Origin: Balanoglossus misakiensis
Lineage: Eukaryota; Animalia; Hemichordata
Direction of reading: 5' to 3'
NCBI GenBank assembly: GCA_040954595.2
Contig: CM082580.2
Coordinates: 14,150,389-14,214,388, forward strand
DNA length: 64,000 nt
Positions 12,901 through 27,400 of the stretch are shown here, piece by piece (within the stretch, counting starts at the first letter, position 1; each line of letters opens with the position of its first letter). The notes below the pieces were generated by a model that saw only the letters and a list, made by a program, of their open reading frames with translations, was not told the origin of the DNA and made no database searches. The translations under genes were made by a program, and so were the position numbers.

Positions 12901-14553
12901 TGGTGATTAAAGTCAAGCGCCGTCGTCTGATCATTTCTTCAATCACCGAGTCATCTCTAAGCATGCATGAAACCGAGGATGACCTCCCACGTCCAAATTG
13001 AGGTATCACGTTTTACAGATGATTGCTTCGGGTCGAAGGTCGCCGGCAAAAACAAGACAACAAAAATACTTGTCATATTCTGATGCGCAGACGAAAGATA
13101 TCACTGTCCGCCTTGTTTTCCTAGGTTTCGTCTTCGAGTCTGATGATCGGTGTTTTTGAAGAATATGAACGCGAATGTTTCGCACACGAAGATAAGCATC
13201 GTCGTCGTCAACTTCTGACCAAGACAGGCAAGTCATCAAAGTTCTTCCCTCGATCTATCAAACTCATCCGGAGCCACCCCCTTCTCTCCTGCGGTCTGTC
13301 ATTCAACCCTTATGGGTCATAAACTTTGCCCCGGGGACAGGGGGACTGGTCGTCGGTGTCTGCGCGGACCTAGGCTTTCAAGTGGTGTCTGGTTTCCCCC
13401 GTCGAGTTCTGCGCGTTGTCCACGGCGATTAGCTGTGGCATCACCTGGCCCAGCCTGGATGGCTTGCTGATGGACTGTCAACAGAAATGACCAAATGGAT
13501 GGCCACAAATGTTGCACATTTTACTAGACACATACCACATGTAACGGCCAATAAATACTCCCCGATGGCAGCGAATGGTGGCCAGACAGACGTCAGCTTT
13601 TGTTTCGTTGGCAAAAGTGCATTGGAGTCGTTGTTCACCGCAAAGCTGATAACGCAGGTATTTTGATGAACACAATCAATCGTTTCATTTGGTCGAATTA
13701 GCGAGAAGGTTACAGTCGCGCTCCGGCTCCACACAAAGCCAATTATTCTGTTTCTCAACACGCGTGCGAAACTAATAATTCACATCGTGTGGCTTTGGTC
13801 TCCGTGTCAGGAGAGGTTGACCAGCGTTTAATTGATGAGCCTAACCCCGGTCCCATCTCCTGTCGCGACATTTACATCGTAGCATCACAACCACTGCGGT
13901 GAAGTCGGCGCAGTCGTAATCGCAAACATGTGTGAGTGAAACGCTCAAACTGTGAGAGTCCGCAATTACCCATAAATTTTATTGCCGTTTCGAAAAAAAG
14001 TGTCGAAAAATAACTTCCCCCTTCCTTCCCCCGTCAAGATAAGTGACAAGGTGCAGGCATTTAACAACTTGCTCATCCCTGTCACAACGACTCGTCTTCC
14101 GTAAAAGGAGCCGTCACAGTGTACAGATCCTCAGCATTGTGTGGTTGCAGAGATTGCGAACAGTGGATATATGCCTGCACTGGATGTGGCAGTAGACTTC
14201 AAGTTTGCCATTCGACCAATCTTGTCATAAAACGCTGGACTGCTCATCGCATCTCTGAGGGGACATCCTATCATCGTTATGATCAACTCGTGCAGCCAAT
14301 TTTTGCAGTGAGGAGTCCAGAAAGTCGATGACGGTTGGTGACATTTCTTGGCGGTTTATGTTTTATGGTAACCGATATTGACAAAGTACGAATTCAGTAC
14401 TTCTCCCTAGTTGTCAATGCTGTGGCTTTAAATTATAATTGTATTATTTCGTTCGTTCTTCAGACAAGCTTTTTGATAAACATTGATAAAGTAAACGTTC
14501 GCTACGTAGTTTTTGCTCGGAAAAAAACGCGAAATTGTGACTTTTGGACAAAT

Positions 14554-15048
14554 ATGACCAAGGGCAAACAAACTGATTCGTCGATGGAAGATTCCATGTC
14601 AACTGACGGAGAACGATCCGGAGGAGATGACGTCAAATATGAAATGCTGGACGATGACAGCGATACGGAAGGAGGCAAAGGGAGATCCCGTAAAAGGAAG
14701 ACGATGGCGGACACAAGTCCACCGGTCCGGCAACGTCAGTGTGCCAACGCTCGGGAAAGAGACCGAACACACAGCGTCAACACTGCCTTCACCACGCTGA
14801 GAGACTTAATACCGACGGAGCCACCTGATCGGAAACTGTCCAAAATCGAGACCCTGCGTCTCGCCGCCAGTTACATATCGCATCTGGAGACCATGCTGAT
14901 GGTTGGCGACGATGGCATAGAACAGCCTTGTCTCCATCGCAATATGTACCGCCAACCTTACGGCACCGCGATCGGTCAACAATCTCGATCCGTCTGCACG
15001 TTTTGTCTGGCTGCCAGAGGAAGCCTGGCGAGCCGACCGAAAGCCACG
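14554..15048 (+). CDS. TCF15: Paraxis/Scleraxis-family bHLH transcription factor (TCF15/SCX-like), exon 1
   Basis: The b[56 protein letters not shown] is near-identical to TCF15/SCX. The family-diagnostic QPC and VCTFCL motifs follow. First in-frame ATG after the likely acceptor at 14463 is 14554. Donor ACG|GTGAGT at 15049 (phase 0). Confidence 0.93.
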
Positions 15049-15655
15049 GTGAGTCAACCTTATCTTTATGACTGAACCAATAGAGAAAAATAAACTGTTT
15101 AGTCACGGTAGTTAATATTGTAAACAAAGTCGGTCGTTACTCCGTACACCCAAACACCAAATGGGGAGACACTGCCCCCCCCCCCTTCCGAGTCTGTCGG
15201 CCGTCTTATGACACTTTGATTGTTTCCCAGGCAACCTCCATGGCTGTACATTTGTATTTGACAACTTTGTCATTTTGTTCTGTGTGTCAGATAGTTTCTT
15301 CTTCAACGTCTTTAATCTTCTTGGAATGCTCAGTATTTTGGTTTGCTTGTCAGCACTAACTGAAAATGTGAAACACGCATTGTTATTTTTGTCGGAAAAT
15401 TGAATTTGCGTCTGGACTTCAGACAGATGAAAACACATTTACCAGTTTAGGCAGAATAAAATGATTCATTCACAATTTAAACCCCTCAACTTTCCGCCCT
15501 ATAGGCTATAGTTTCCTGCGAGGGTTTTGGTAACTATTTTAAATCTTCGCCTATCCTTCCTGTTATAAACGGTCAGTTTGACATATTAACTAAAATAATC
15601 TGTCTGCCCGTCTCTGTGTATTTCTCTTGCTTTGTGTTCTGTTTTCTTTGTTCAG

Positions 15656-15742
15656 GTGATACACGTTGGAACACGGGATGAGGACGGTTGTGATCGAACT
15701 CCAATATTTGTGGATGTAGATTTTCACTTCTTCATTCAGTAG
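15656..15742 (+). CDS. TCF15: Predicted short terminal coding exon 2 of the Paraxis/Scleraxis gene (VIHVGTRDEDGCDRTPIFVDVDFHFFIQ*)
   Basis: A long polypyrimidine tract ends ttcAG at 15655 and a phase-0 open frame runs to TAG at 15742. Vertebrate TCF15/SCX also have two exons with a short second coding exon. Confidence 0.55.
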   Translation: MIHVGTRDEDGCDRTPIFVDVDFHFFIQ

Positions 15743-18700
15743 TCTCACTTGTAAACACATCAACTTTTGTTTTCTCGCATTCAACGAGATTACACGTCAT
15801 CGTATGGTGATTTATGATTTATGTTATGATATACGTGGACTGTTATTGTCAGTCGTCTGAGTTTCAGTGACGTGCAATGGGTGGACTTTTACGAGCAATG
15901 TGAGAAGTTCGTAAAACCACCTTTTAATGGGCGACCAATATTGAAAATCATAAATTTTGCGTTGGAAAATACGATCGCTTGATTCGAACTTTTAACATAG
16001 GAATGGCGCGCATAATTGGAGATGTCAAACACAAATAACTTTTATGATTGGGAAGTCAAGAGTTTACGAAACTTGTCCCAGACCAAAATACGGAAACGTA
16101 AGCCAATTCTTTACATATAATCAAGTACTCATCAGTAAGTTTGCACATTGTAAAATTGCAGATGACAAACCAGTCAAAGGCGCAAAATGTATTTTCTCTA
16201 ACCCCTCTGGTGAATTTAGTGTGAAGTTTTGTGTCGATGCACTGAGTTCTGGGAGCAATTGAAAATTAAGGAGGTTGAACTGTGACCTGCATCGAACTGG
16301 CCCGTCTCATGCGACTGGAGTGCTGCTTGACACGAGACTGGGGAATCCACCGACTGGTGCACATGCGCGTTGTTGGCTTTTGACTTGCGTCCAAGGAGGG
16401 TAGAGATCGGACCCGATCATAATAAATTTAAGGTTGAAATATTTATGGTGTCGCGATCACGTTGTCCATTTCATTCGACACCCGCTCATTGAAACATACA
16501 TTTGTGTCAATTTATATACTCTGGAAAAATATATCTGTTCTGGACCCCCAGTTATCGATATCTTTAGAACAAAATAAGCGATTAATCATGACAAAACATG
16601 TCGGCGCGATAAATTACAACGGTTTTACTCAATACAGGTGTCCGCGCTTGTGACGTCATAGGAGCCTGAACATTTTAAAGGAATGGCGTCATCATATACA
16701 AACAGCACATAACGAAGTACTTGCAAGGAACAACCTTCTCGCGGCGACAATTGACCACACTGTAATAACAGGCTGCAGATGCACAAATGCTTTCTGTTAA
16801 TTTTGCATATTAGACCGTCCTCAAACTTTCAGCGCGTCATAAAAGTATACGTTTGACCGATTTCTCCGTGTTTCTTCAATGAAACATGAGTGTCTTTATT
16901 TAAAAGACGACGTTTTTCGCTGAGAACTGCAAAAGAGTTTAACCACATGTTATCAGCTAGTCCCCGGATGTTATATCTCAACTGGTAGGAACTGAGAACT
17001 TGGAAATGAATACCAAAACTCTGAGATCACTTCCTTTTCAAACATTCCTTGCAGTATCACAACCTGTCATGACGTTGAAAATTTCACAGAATTTTGAAAG
17101 AACCGTACAGAGAACGAATAGCTGTTGGGACACTGAGATTTTAGGCCTACATTAAAATAAAACAAGTGTGGTTTTATATATCTGACAGGTTTCATACGAC
17201 CCACATCGTCGCTGCCAGTGAATAAAGTGTCAAGTCAACCTCGGGGACGGAAATAGGACCGTGAGAACGCTAGAAAGAGTGCAGCTGTTTGCTCCAATCG
17301 CACAGACAGACAACACTGTTAGCGTAAAACTATCCCCCTAATGGCTTCCCGACTGAAAGTTGACAACAACGCTGGATTTCTTCACCCGAGATCAAACGTG
17401 ACAATTAGAAATATCTCGCATAATGTTCCTCCGATGCGCAAGTTGTTGTCAATAATTTCAGACTCTGTCAAAATTATTCGTCTATCCCCTGACCCTACAG
17501 GTCGGATTTTGGAAGGGTCTTATTCCAACTATTTGGCTAATTGCGTTTCTCAACATTCTTGTCTTCTGTAGGAATCTGCTCAAACGAAGACCGGGTTGAC
17601 GTCGATCTACGATCGCCCCGGCCTCGGAGTTGTGTTGAGATAATCGATGCGGACTCGGATTCCATGGCAACGCGAAGACAACATCGAGTGAAATGAACAC
17701 TGGGTTATGAAAAAAACGTGAAGACGAACTGTGTTCCCGTTTTGACAATTTTTAACAAAGTTAATAAAGTTTACTTTCACTTATTTCACAAATATTACGA
17801 CATATTCCGTACACAGACCAGGAAGTTTTTTTTCCTATACAATACACGCGGAGTGATTCCGTACATCAGTTGATCTTACGATTTTGGTGCCTTAGTCTAA
17901 CAATTGTATTTGATTGTTACAGACTGATTTTAACCAGATGATTAATAAACACATCCTGATAACAGTGACGAATTTCTCGTTGAAATGAGATAAGCTTATC
18001 AAAACTATTATTACTAAAAGACTATAGCAGATTCACTCGAACGTACCGCGTTCGTCTCTGTCCTTTTCAGTCGCTCTCAAACGCTTCCGCAAAAAACCGC
18101 ATCGTTCGCTATCGCTATCGCCCATCAAACCTACTACAAAGATCTTCCAAAAGGGCAAGGAATTTGCTTACGTTTATGGCGATCCATTTATAGCAAATAC
18201 ATTTTGTAATTTCATTCATTCACACAATACTTTTTGAAGGCAGGAGTCATTGACTAGAGTTATTTTTAGCAGAATTAGGCGGGAAATTGGTTCACACTCA
18301 GAGCGCTTAGGAAATTTTTGTCATTTGCGATAATAGTCTGTAATGTAAATTGCATCTGTTGGCATCAAAGTTTGCATTCCCAAAATGCATATGAATTACT
18401 TTTGGACTGTGGAAGTAAATCTACCTCCGGTATTCGATAAGATGGCTTGCGTAATGGGATAGAAATAGAAGAACACAAAAGCAGCAAACGACCTAAAGAA
18501 AATGTGGCACATTCTTGATATTTTGGTGATTTACTGTCAAGCTGTTGTGTAAAACAGGTGGTCTTCAAGTTTAGTTCTGGAGTTGTGGAGAAATGCACTG
18601 CTCCATATCAAACAGCTGTACAATGTGCAAACCTGCTTTTTATATTTGTATGGAAGACTGACGTGTTATTAGAGCAAATAACTACCTGCATTCTGTAACT

Positions 18701-21164
18701 CGAAATCCGAAATAAAATACTTTTGTGTATTTTTCAGTATTAACGTTGTATTAAAGTCTATGTTATGTTATGTTTGGTGTACACGGTTGACCTCGCTCAG
18801 TCGTAAACGCGTCCAGTTGTAAACGATTTCATGTCGCGACGAGATTGTTCCATTCACACTCGCAGGTTCAATTGAACCAGTCCACCGTGAGAACGTTTGT
18901 GAAATTTCCCGAAGTAATTTAAAGCTTGTGCCATTCCTCAGTGACACATGACAACGATCTGCTCCGAAGGATGGAATTCTGAACCACCTGAGTTCATACA
19001 TCATCCATCGCAGGATGCCAGCAAAAAACAAGACATTTCCGACCACCATCCCCAGAGGGCGCACTGTGACGTCCCAAGACATGGAAGTGGTATGAAGGCG
19101 TGCTCATTGTACGTGTTTGTGACGAAAAGATATCGCACGGTCATCACCAGCCGTATCATTCGATACCAACACGTGGTGGCGCCCTGCTAAAAACACCAAC
19201 TCACTCACCTCGACCACTATTGGCTGGGCAACGCAGACATCACCTGGGCTCTTTTTTAATTTATGCATCAGACTTCCTCGTCATTCCATGGTGTCAACCA
19301 CCTGTGCCTTCGGACAGAGAGCAACGACCGAGAAAAAAGAACACGACACCTACATTCATCGGTTCAATTTCGATTTCTATTTCTCTCACGACAGAACTAG
19401 GTTGTATAATTCTCAAAAAATTAGCTTGGGGAGTTTGAATGGAGGAGTTTCCCTTTTTGTTACTTTTCTTGGTACAAAGTATATCTGAGCGAAAAATCAA
19501 ACGCAAACATGGAAGGGGTCACTTTTGATTTCTCCTGTCGCTGGGAGAGAATGATGTGGGCATTCCTCGCCTCTTTTCCTACCTGAGACCTTTTTCAAAC
19601 TTGGAAGTGTGATCTGGTAGCATCTGTAGATTTGTCTTCAATGTTCAATCCCTTCCCGCAAGATGCTCCCACCTACAAGGATGAAAAACCGGCGCGTTAG
19701 GCATGGCTTCTTGAGTGAACTCAACATGTGATAAAACTTCAATCCGCCCGTCAATAGGCGGCGCTGTTGGAGATCTGGTCTTCAGTGGCAAGCAGGGGTT
19801 ACACAACCGTTCCGTCACCATGGGTTTACATTTTAGTGCAAAAGAGGGCGCAAGTTGGCCGTGCTGCATGAAGCTCATCGTGACAGCCGAACAGTAAACT
19901 GTGGGCTTTGAGCAGCCTGAGCCTCTGGCGGGGCCTCTGGATAACCTCGCCGATTTGATAGAGCACAGACAATGTTGAAACCAATCAGAACCTCTCTGTG
20001 CCACTATAATACTAATAGAGGTCCTAAATCGAGCGATAAACCATCGACAGTGTCATGGGAAAATTTAGAAGAAAACAATCAATGGAGACGAAACGTGATT
20101 ATACTGTTTTGAGAACCCGATTGACGTCGCAAGTGCCCGTTAAGAATCCAACGATATTGCTCCATAATCCCAGCGGGTCACTCAACAATGAGGTTTCCAA
20201 TGGGCCGCATAAACGTGTGATGTTGGTAGTACGCTAAATCAATCTTTCCATAGAAACGGTTAATACGCGCGTATTCATTTAAGACCCATTTCTCTCCCTC
20301 CCGTATATTTTTTATGCCGTTTTAAAACAAAAATCTAACACTTGAACTTTTTAATGTATTTTATTCATCATACCGCGACTTGATACTCTTGACTCGAGCC
20401 TTGTGTTTAAAAAGGGCCTATAAAAACTTAATAGTTAGTGATTTTTTATATTTGAAATAAAAGTTTTAATAAAAGTATATGGTGACAGACAAAAAAGAAG
20501 AAGAAAAACACTGAGCTAGTAGCCCAAGGTTACCGTTAATGTCCTTAAAAACAAAAACAAACAAATTGACACCATATGCATCAGTTCAGGTGTTCTTGTC
20601 TTTTCAAATTTATTATCTTGCCTGACAACATCAAAGAAGACCTTTCCTGTCCTGTCCGAGTAAGCGCACAGCTGTGATGACCATTTTTCTTGAAGTTTGA
20701 CCACCTTGAAGCGAGACAATGGCCTGGCCCTCCAGACCACTCGGCTGGCCGTAGCATTCTTCGGAATCCATAAGGAGTGAGTGGTTGACGGAACCTATTT
20801 TAGACAACATTGGAGAGATACCGGGAAACCAAAATATTGTTTGAATGCGTGAACAAGGTTGTTTGAACTTTGAGGGTTTTCACGCTGCACCTGTGCAGAT
20901 TTCGACTCAGCGACTGATCTGAAAGGTCTGCAAATCTAATGAGGGATCTGCACTACAATATCGTCTGACATTGAAGAAGCATATATCTTATTGATAGTCG
21001 GCCAACGTCAAAATCTGACGGGCGAAACCATAACTTATGAAAGACAGGCAAAGATAACGTAAAATCAGGTGGTGGCGACATCTTTGAGTGAAAAATTACG
21101 GCTTTATAAATACAGACAGGCAGTGCTAGACATACTCACAAACAGAACAGGGTAAGGCAGAGCG

Positions 21165-21171
21165 ACATACG

Positions 21172-21207
<36 letters not shown>

Positions 21208-21375
21208 TACGTACGTACGTACGTACGTACGTACGTACATACGTACATACGTACGTACATACGTACATACGTACATACGTACATACATACATACATACAT
21301 ACATACATACATACATACATACATACATACATACATACATACATACATACATACATACATACATACATACATACA

Positions 21376-21404
<29 letters not shown>
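21165..21404. repeat. Compound tetranucleotide microsatellite (GTGC)n-(GTAC)n-(ATAC)n
   Basis: Read directly; it explains the spurious MYVC/HTYI ORFs in the track. Confidence 0.97.
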
Positions 21405-21406
<2 letters not shown>

Positions 21407-24400
21407 TTAACAAGGGGTGCCATTTCCCCGGGATACTCGGTACAAAGAGTAAACTTTCAACAACTTAAGTGCAGTCTTTGCACTGTAAGCCAAAGATATA
21501 CGAGAGACTTCGACTTGTAGTAAATCAGTTGACAACTAAATCAATGTTCGGTTTTGTTTAACAACTGATTCATATTCCCCCTTGTCATTATTTGCGCAAT
21601 TAATCACCCACTCTTGGGCTAAATCAAAAATTAACACGACGAATACTTCCAACGAAGCATAGAGGTAACTTTGTCGTGTCTCTTCTTCTTTTATTTTCGT
21701 TTTGTTGTTTTCCTGTCAGTTCTTGTCTCATTGTTACTTCTGCAAGTTCTGGTTTTAATTTGTCTGCCTTTAGTGGTCGAAACCAAGACTTGCAGGGTGG
21801 CGAGACGGTCTCGCCCTTGTCACTTGATGAAAGGACGTTGCAGCCGTGTGTAAACGTTTCTTATCGTATCACAAACCTTTGAAGAGCTCGCTTGTTGACC
21901 CTTGAATCCGAGCGAGCTAATACTATTCATTCCGCATTCATGATGCAGAAACCTGGATCCCCGACAAGTCTGTCGCTTCAACACGTGCTTCGTGCCTCGC
22001 AAATATCACACAGTTTAGCAAAACGGACAAGAACAAATATACAAATTTCATTCCAGTTCCAAAAATCCCACATTACGTGAGTTGCTTTTTTTCAAATGCC
22101 TTGGAGGCAAGCACCCGTTGTTGACGGTCGAATGAAATCACTAGCAATCGTCCGGAGGTGTGAACATGTACACACCTCGCCACACTTGACTAATTGTTCG
22201 TAAATATTGTTGTGTTTGGTCTCTATCGATAATGTTTGCTCAGGTGTGCTCCACCAAAAAGCTCCGAGTTCCCGGCAAAAAGTAAGGTGCACAGAAACTG
22301 TCAGAAATAACAATTATTCACCGAACCTTTTGTAATTCAGATTTCACTTTTTTTCTCAGCGTGACAGACAATAAAATCTAAAAATCGCTGATTTTGAATG
22401 AAATTAAATCCACCGATTAAATTTAAACCGGTGTTTGGTACCACCCTACACGCCTGGTTACAAAACTAGAACGTGGTGTCTGGGCTATCTACATCTGAAA
22501 TGCCTTACACTCTAAAATGTTTAACATGTGTGCCTATAACATAAAGCGTTTGGTCAACATTTCACGGGTTATAACTAGAAACTTTGATATTTAGCCACGC
22601 GCGACGCTTATCCCTGAAATCTAAGAGTTGAGTCAGGGATTTTGTTTTAAATCTACAACGGGGCCATGTGCGTGAATCCATCTTTGTGCGGTGAGATTCG
22701 CGCCGTGCAAGCTCTCACACGAGTTCGCATTAGCCGGCTGTGAAAGGACTAAAACGCTTCTTTCAAGTTTGTCTGAAATTTCAGTTGAAGAGGATGTCTC
22801 TGCTCGTCAACGCATTGTCAGTCTCATTATCACGGTTTATTAATATCATCAAGTGGAAGGGATTAACTTCAATGGTATGTCGCCGATTGTAGTGGGCGCT
22901 TATCTAACCGTGTACCGTTTCCAAAAGTGTAAACATCTCAGCGCAGATTGACAGATTCGGTCAATCCTGCACCGGTAGCCTCTTCAGTCGGACGGGGGCT
23001 ATTGAGGCTTTCTTCGTCCACTCGAAAGAGGACCAATTGATGTGCGCCTGGGGCACGTATGTGGATACATTATTACTGCTTCAAGTTGTACTTATTCACG
23101 GTGTTCTGTCAATGGGCTCATTCATGCTGATCGAACCAGCAGGTAGGTGGTTTAACAAGTTTTTTTTTCTTCCCTGTGCTGAGAAAAAAAAGTTGCGTGC
23201 AGTTTTCCACTAACAGGCCATAATATAGATGTGTAGTTGAACCGCAGTATTATTACCGGAGCTCTTGTGTGTAACTGGTTGGTTGCAATTCCACGCACAG
23301 AGCACGGACAACTGAATGAGAGCAAAATGATGGCATTGATGATTAACAGGCTTGAGGCGAAACACGTTTGATGTTTGTCACATGACAAGTGCAGTTGACC
23401 ACTACTGCAAAGGTCAACTGAATGGACGTTCGGGTCGATAGTTTCCTTCGACTCGGTTTTACTTTGTGTTAGCTGCGTCATATTGTAGTCACGTTGTCAC
23501 AACAAGTAGGCAACGAATATGTTACCCATGTAGGCTATATTAGTAAACCACCACGACCGCTTTCGTTTCTAGTGTGAATATTGACTCGCTGTTAAAAAAC
23601 TAGATTGGCTAAATCGCAGAGGATTTATAGAATAAACTGAAGAGGATATACTGCTAATATTTGCCGTGCCGTTGCTAAAATCCCAGCTCTCCAGAGTTTA
23701 ATATCAAGCCACTGGTGACTTCTGGATTGCGTGTCGGGCGAAACTGTTACAGCGCCACCTAAGTTTTGTTGGTGCTCCTTTTCTTTTTTCTTTCGTTACC
23801 TTTGACCTCACTTGTGTGGGCTATTAATGTTGAAATTTGACCCTTCGAAACCTTAAATTCGCTCATTTTCCTGTTTTATAAATTTACCTACACGAGGGGA
23901 TTTCTTTCTTGAAACGCAAACAAGGGCATCTCGATTTCGTATTTAGTCCAAGTAAAGCATGTGAAACACCATATAGCCTATCCCGACGCATTCGGTAAAC
24001 AAATAAAATTCAAATACATTATTATTTTGCAAAATTTCGTTGAAATGTCACGCCTTTGGCCAGAAAATCGTCATGGTGAACGACCTGGCGTTCTGCTACG
24101 GTTCCGTCGTTGATACGGTGATGATAGCTGAGAGCACTGAGACTCTATGGACTCGCACATTTTATATACAGAAATCCACGCAATCAAGTTACGTGCATTA
24201 GGGCAGAATTTTCTCGGTGAAGCTCGTGACCTTTTACGCCCATATTTATGGCAAGTAGCTCCCTAGTATATTAGATTCCAGTGCCATAGACTAGCAACAG
24301 CCACTTTAGGTGAAATGGAGAAGACATTTCAATATCAGTTTGTTGTATTAATTGTTGCGACCAAATTAAAAGAAAAGGCACCAAATTCATGACTATGAAT

Positions 24401-27400
24401 TTTGTTAGTGGACTTCACAATGGCGAGTTTACCCTACAAGCTGTGGTAGTCCAATCAGAGCAGTCCGACTCAGTGTAATCTCGGTTTCTTCAAAAGCACT
24501 CATACGTACACTCGTGTCCGAACGTTGCGATGGTGGCATAGACACTGCATTGAGCATTTTAACATTTGAAAATTTAAAATAAAGTAATAAGCAAAGTCGA
24601 TTTCGTTATTGGTTTAAGCACTGACCCATCCTCCTTCAACCATCTGTGACGATGAGTGTCCCGAACACGTTTTGCATTTGGCGTTTTGGTTTGGAATTTT
24701 ATCGAAGTCGTATTTCACGACACATTATCTGCGTCTTGTGTTTTGCGGATATATCTGAGCCGAATTCAGTAGTCGGTTACCACTTGGGAGTGTGTGACCG
24801 CCGCATGGGATTTTCTGTCTGCAATCAGAGTTCGAAATGGACGTTTTTATCCGGAAGCCACGTGAGTGTTCGTTATTTTGACTTGTTTGTACATTTCAAT
24901 CGCCGCCATATTGCTCAGGTGTGAATAATGATCAGACATGAATATACGCACACTAAAAAAGTTTTACTTAGCACCTCAATCAGGCATCAAGATAGTTAAT
25001 TAGAGAAATTAGCAGTGTCTTCTTCGTCAAACGAGATTGTGCAATTGGTCTGAAAACATATCTCTGTCTTGTCAAAGAAATCTTTTTGACAAGAATCGTG
25101 ATTGTTTACTGTCGGCCATATTGTCCTGAGTTCAACTCGACGCACAGGTGCTTGGCACGACAGTGGCGAACGATTTTTAAAAATGACGACGTTTTTGTTT
25201 ACTTTCGGTGTTTGTGAAATGGGGGATCGAAAATCAAAATTACAAAAATTATGAAAACTATCTGTAACAAGGAAGATAACCTTTACAACTAGTTACAAAA
25301 CTTGAGAAAGACACAGTTCGCTCAACTCCCAGACTATTTCTGTTTATATTATTTCCGCTACCTTATAAAACAAAATTGTCATTTTTGCGTTACCGTTTTC
25401 CTGTCAGATTCTGGGATTTCGAAGCGGTCGATCCCATAAAACTGAGATTATGCCGGGGATGATTTAGGATATCGTTCATATTCGGTGATCGTGTTTACGA
25501 CGGCGCTGAGTAGTCGGTGTGCAATTCGAATACACAAAGTGGTTACCTGAACCAATCCCAAGTGTTGGGATTTCAAAAGGTCCCCAACAGATTTATCATG
25601 CCTGTAAAATTATCCAAAGCATATTAATTTTAATAAATCATAACGATGGAAACGATACGTATTCTTTTAGCATAAACGTCGATATTTAGTTTATAGTAAG
25701 AGATCTAGAAAGCAGCGTGGTCGAAGTTTGTTTACTGATATTTCATTCAGTTAATCTTGCATGGTCTTACAGCTCGTTATTTTCTATATTCTATCCTAGT
25801 TGCTGCATTAAGCCAGCGATTTCCTCCTACACGTAGTTAAGATTGATTAAAACATTCGCCATAATTTATGAAAACCCTGAAAACGCATGCCAGGCGAGAA
25901 TATTGCTTGAAAATGTGCCTTGTTGCAATACAACTTGTTTTTGGGGAAGACTGCCACGCTTACCAGATGTTAGAACGGAGAGTAGTCGGGATCCAGTTGA
26001 TTTCTGTGTAGTCTAAATTTAAGATCTCCTATAGTACATGTTTTGTATTTCAAAAATATCTGATAAATGCCCAGCTTATTTATGATTTCGATGTGAAATT
26101 TGAAAAACTTTTGTCAGTTCAATTGAAAAATTGATCTGACAGGCCCAAGGCGCTGGCTATTCGACAAGCGACGCCATTTTGTGAAACAGACGGGTCAACA
26201 AGCTGTTTGCTAAAATGCAGTAAATTTACAAGATGAATTTCTTCTCGCACGATGATAGTCTTTTGTTAACGATAATAACAGAAAATTCAAGGTGTAATAA
26301 TTTAATTTATCCGTGATCACATAGTATTTCTGATCCAGTATCGTTAAATTAACAAGACCGCTACCGTGACGCGGTTGAACTGACCGTTTGTCAAATTAGC
26401 CCGGAGATTTGCACAGGACTCGTAGTCAACAGCGGATATGAATCTACCGAGTGGGAAATTGAATGTGACAGGGCCATGAACGCGGGAATTCTAGCTCGTC
26501 TGAACGCATTATCTTGGCAATTATAAAGTGTACATGGGGGTGGGGGAATTATATTAGAAAAATATGCGGCGTTTTGAAACGACGGTCGACACAAATCAGC
26601 TGTTTGTGGAAATATGAAAACAGTCAGGTACGGATTTCATAGTTCCTAATTCTCGTGTAGGTGAATTGCTCGAGGCAGCGTCCGACGAAATTCCGTTTTT
26701 ATCTATAAGCTTACTTTTTCTTATTTACGATTAAAGGCCAATTAAATTGCAATAAAATGAATAACTACCATTGTAAAGACAACAATTAATATTAAATTAA
26801 ATTAATAAACAAGAATACTAAACAGTACCACAACAAATGATTAATCACGTTTCTTCACCCAGTTCACATTATTTTAATTTGATCTTCTGTGACTAGTTCT
26901 ATGAAAAAGCCTGTTGTTATCAATACAATCAATAATCCTGATTATTGACTTGGGAGTTTTGACGTCTAGTCTATAACACCGACTTATCCCAACCAACGTG
27001 TTGTCTGTCATCATAGCGCTCTATCTGCGCTGCACACGCTGGAAAAGTTGTCGTCCTCGCGCTAGTTTTAGTCCGCTTGCTCGCTCGCCTTGTGGTTGTT
27101 TCTTATAGACGGCAGGGGCTCTCGGGAATTTAAATCAGCTAGTCTGTGGCTGTACAGAATATTTTGACCGGGAAGGCTAACTCATACAAAATGAAATGAT
27201 CGAAAACTTTACACTAACAGTTCTTTCGCCAGTTGGATTTGTTGATCACAGAACCTCGACGATCAGTTGACAACTGCCTGTGAAACGTCAAACCCATTCA
27301 GGCTCGCTCCAGGTCATACTCATTACATTCCCTGTGGATTAAGTATGTACAAATTTGTGTCGAGCGATTAAACGTCATTAAGTTGAGTTCAAATTATCGT

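Noticed and set aside
14335-14553. N-terminal extension of the Paraxis ORF in the track
   Set aside because: It starts at TTG, is T-rich and spans a likely splice acceptor at 14463; ATG 14554 is the plausible start.
21104-21520. Six overlapping ORFs (MYVC.../HTYI...)
   Set aside because: Translation artefacts of the microsatellite; the same applies to the ORFs at 41093-41460.
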